Assembly: GCA_027021285.1 (NCBI GenBank)
Contig: JALUUP010000326.1
Span: 1 to 38,022 of the forward strand
Length of the DNA stretch: 38,022 bases
Direction of reading: 5' to 3'
DNA from: Bacteroidota bacterium
GTDB lineage: Bacteria > Bacteroidota > Ignavibacteria > SZUA-365 > JAADGX01
Part shown: positions 37,392-38,022 of the stretch, piece after piece
Position numbering within the stretch: the first letter of the stretch is position 1
Layout of the letters: every line of letters begins with the position of its first letter
Position numbers and translations under genes: made by a program
The notes under the pieces: model-generated
What the model saw: only the letters and a program-made list of their open reading frames with translations
The model's database searches: none
What the model was told of the DNA's origin: nothing

Positions 37392-38022
37392 GATAAGCTA
37401 TGACTGTAGTATTTGGCTGATAATGCGGCTCCGGAATAATTCCGGTTTGAATACCGATGGGAACGGCGATGAATCCAAGAACGATGATGAGGGTGAACAC
37501 GGTGGCAAAGCGCTTTCTCCACAGGTTTCTCTTGGGATCATTGATCCCCAGGGTCTGCAACATGCTCCACAGGCCATGCTGTAAATGGAAACCCAGGAGA
37601 ATCATGGCGACAACATAAATAAGCGCTATCCACCATGTCTGGAAAGCGCTGTACACGTTGCCGTACACCTGGCCTTCGATGTGCGCAGCACTGTGAATAT
37701 CGCCGGTCGTGAAATGAAGGATGTGGTACACAATGTACAAGAACAGCAAAGGTCCCGTATAATACATCGTGCGGGCAAATAGTGTTGTTACCTGCGGTTT
37801 CAACGCATTTGCATAATTCTGAGGGCGAGCCTTGTTATTCATCAACCAGAGCTGTACGGCGCTGGTTACGTGCACGACGAGGGACAAAACGAGTACAAAC
37901 CGGAGTATCCACAACAGCATTCCGTATGTGAGGATCGGTTCTCCGAACGTGCGCAAGTGTTCTGCGTAAATATCCATCTTGTACTTGTAGACCCCAAGCC
38001 CCTCAACAAGCTCGGACCCCAT
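37375..38022 (-). CDS. sdhC: Succinate dehydrogenase/fumarate reductase cytochrome b subunit (b558 family); 5' end probably beyond the right window edge
   Basis: A polytopic membrane protein with conserved His in helices ([28 protein letters not shown]). It overlaps the sdhA start by 17 nt. The frame is still open at position 38022 and the first heme-ligand helix expected for this family is not seen. The ATG at the window edge is therefore probably internal. Confidence 0.82.
   Translation of the reverse strand: MGSELVEGLGVYKYKMDIYAEHLRTFGEPILTYGMLLWILRFVLVLSLVVHVTSAVQLWLMNNKARPQNYANALKPQVTTLFARTMYYTGPLLFLYIVYHILHFTTGDIHSAAHIEGQVYGNVYSAFQTWWIALIYVVAMILLGFHLQHGLWSMLQTLGINDPKRNLWRKRFATVFTLIIVLGFIAVPIGIQTGIIPEPHYQPNTTVIAYHETGR

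Overview
This is a 38 kb chromosomal segment that is densely coding. It holds about 34 protein genes, two intrinsic terminators I can support, and no rRNA, tRNA, CRISPR array, IS/transposon or recognisable defence gene that I could find by eye. Most genes are housekeeping. On the minus strand they are a peptide-type ABC importer (binding protein plus two permeases), hprK, hpf, xerC-like, topA, smg, ybeY and sdhCAB. On the plus strand they are gltX, nadD, gatC, kdsB, rimO, gcdH-like, guaB, an M24 peptidase, a GT4 glycosyltransferase and purD. A T9SS C-terminal sorting domain, a GWxTD protein, a single-cytochrome-b sdhCAB operon and clear AGGAGG-type ribosome-binding sites suggest an Ignavibacteria/Chlorobi-like member of the FCB group. 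That placement is inference only. I do not see an obviously new multi-gene system. The best candidate for an under-annotated system is a compact module at 15.1-18.6 kb. It combines a serine-palmitoyltransferase-like alpha-oxoamine synthase, a translationally adjacent double-GNAT acyltransferase and a divergent SDR reductase, which matches the bacterial ceramide pathway logic (Spt/bCerS/CerR). Lower-ranked items are: a bacterial CASTOR/POLLUX-like RCK channel; an 80-aa ORF that is only a T9SS sorting domain but has its own RBS and terminator; a 73-aa acidic ORF with a perfect RBS at the end of an ABC operon that lacks ATPase genes; an OppC-type permease with about 125 extra N-terminal residues and an enlarged loop; and an unknown protein stop/start-coupled to ybeY. 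All family calls rest on motif recognition from memory. No database search, GC calculation or structure prediction was run, and several start codons are ambiguous (noted per feature).
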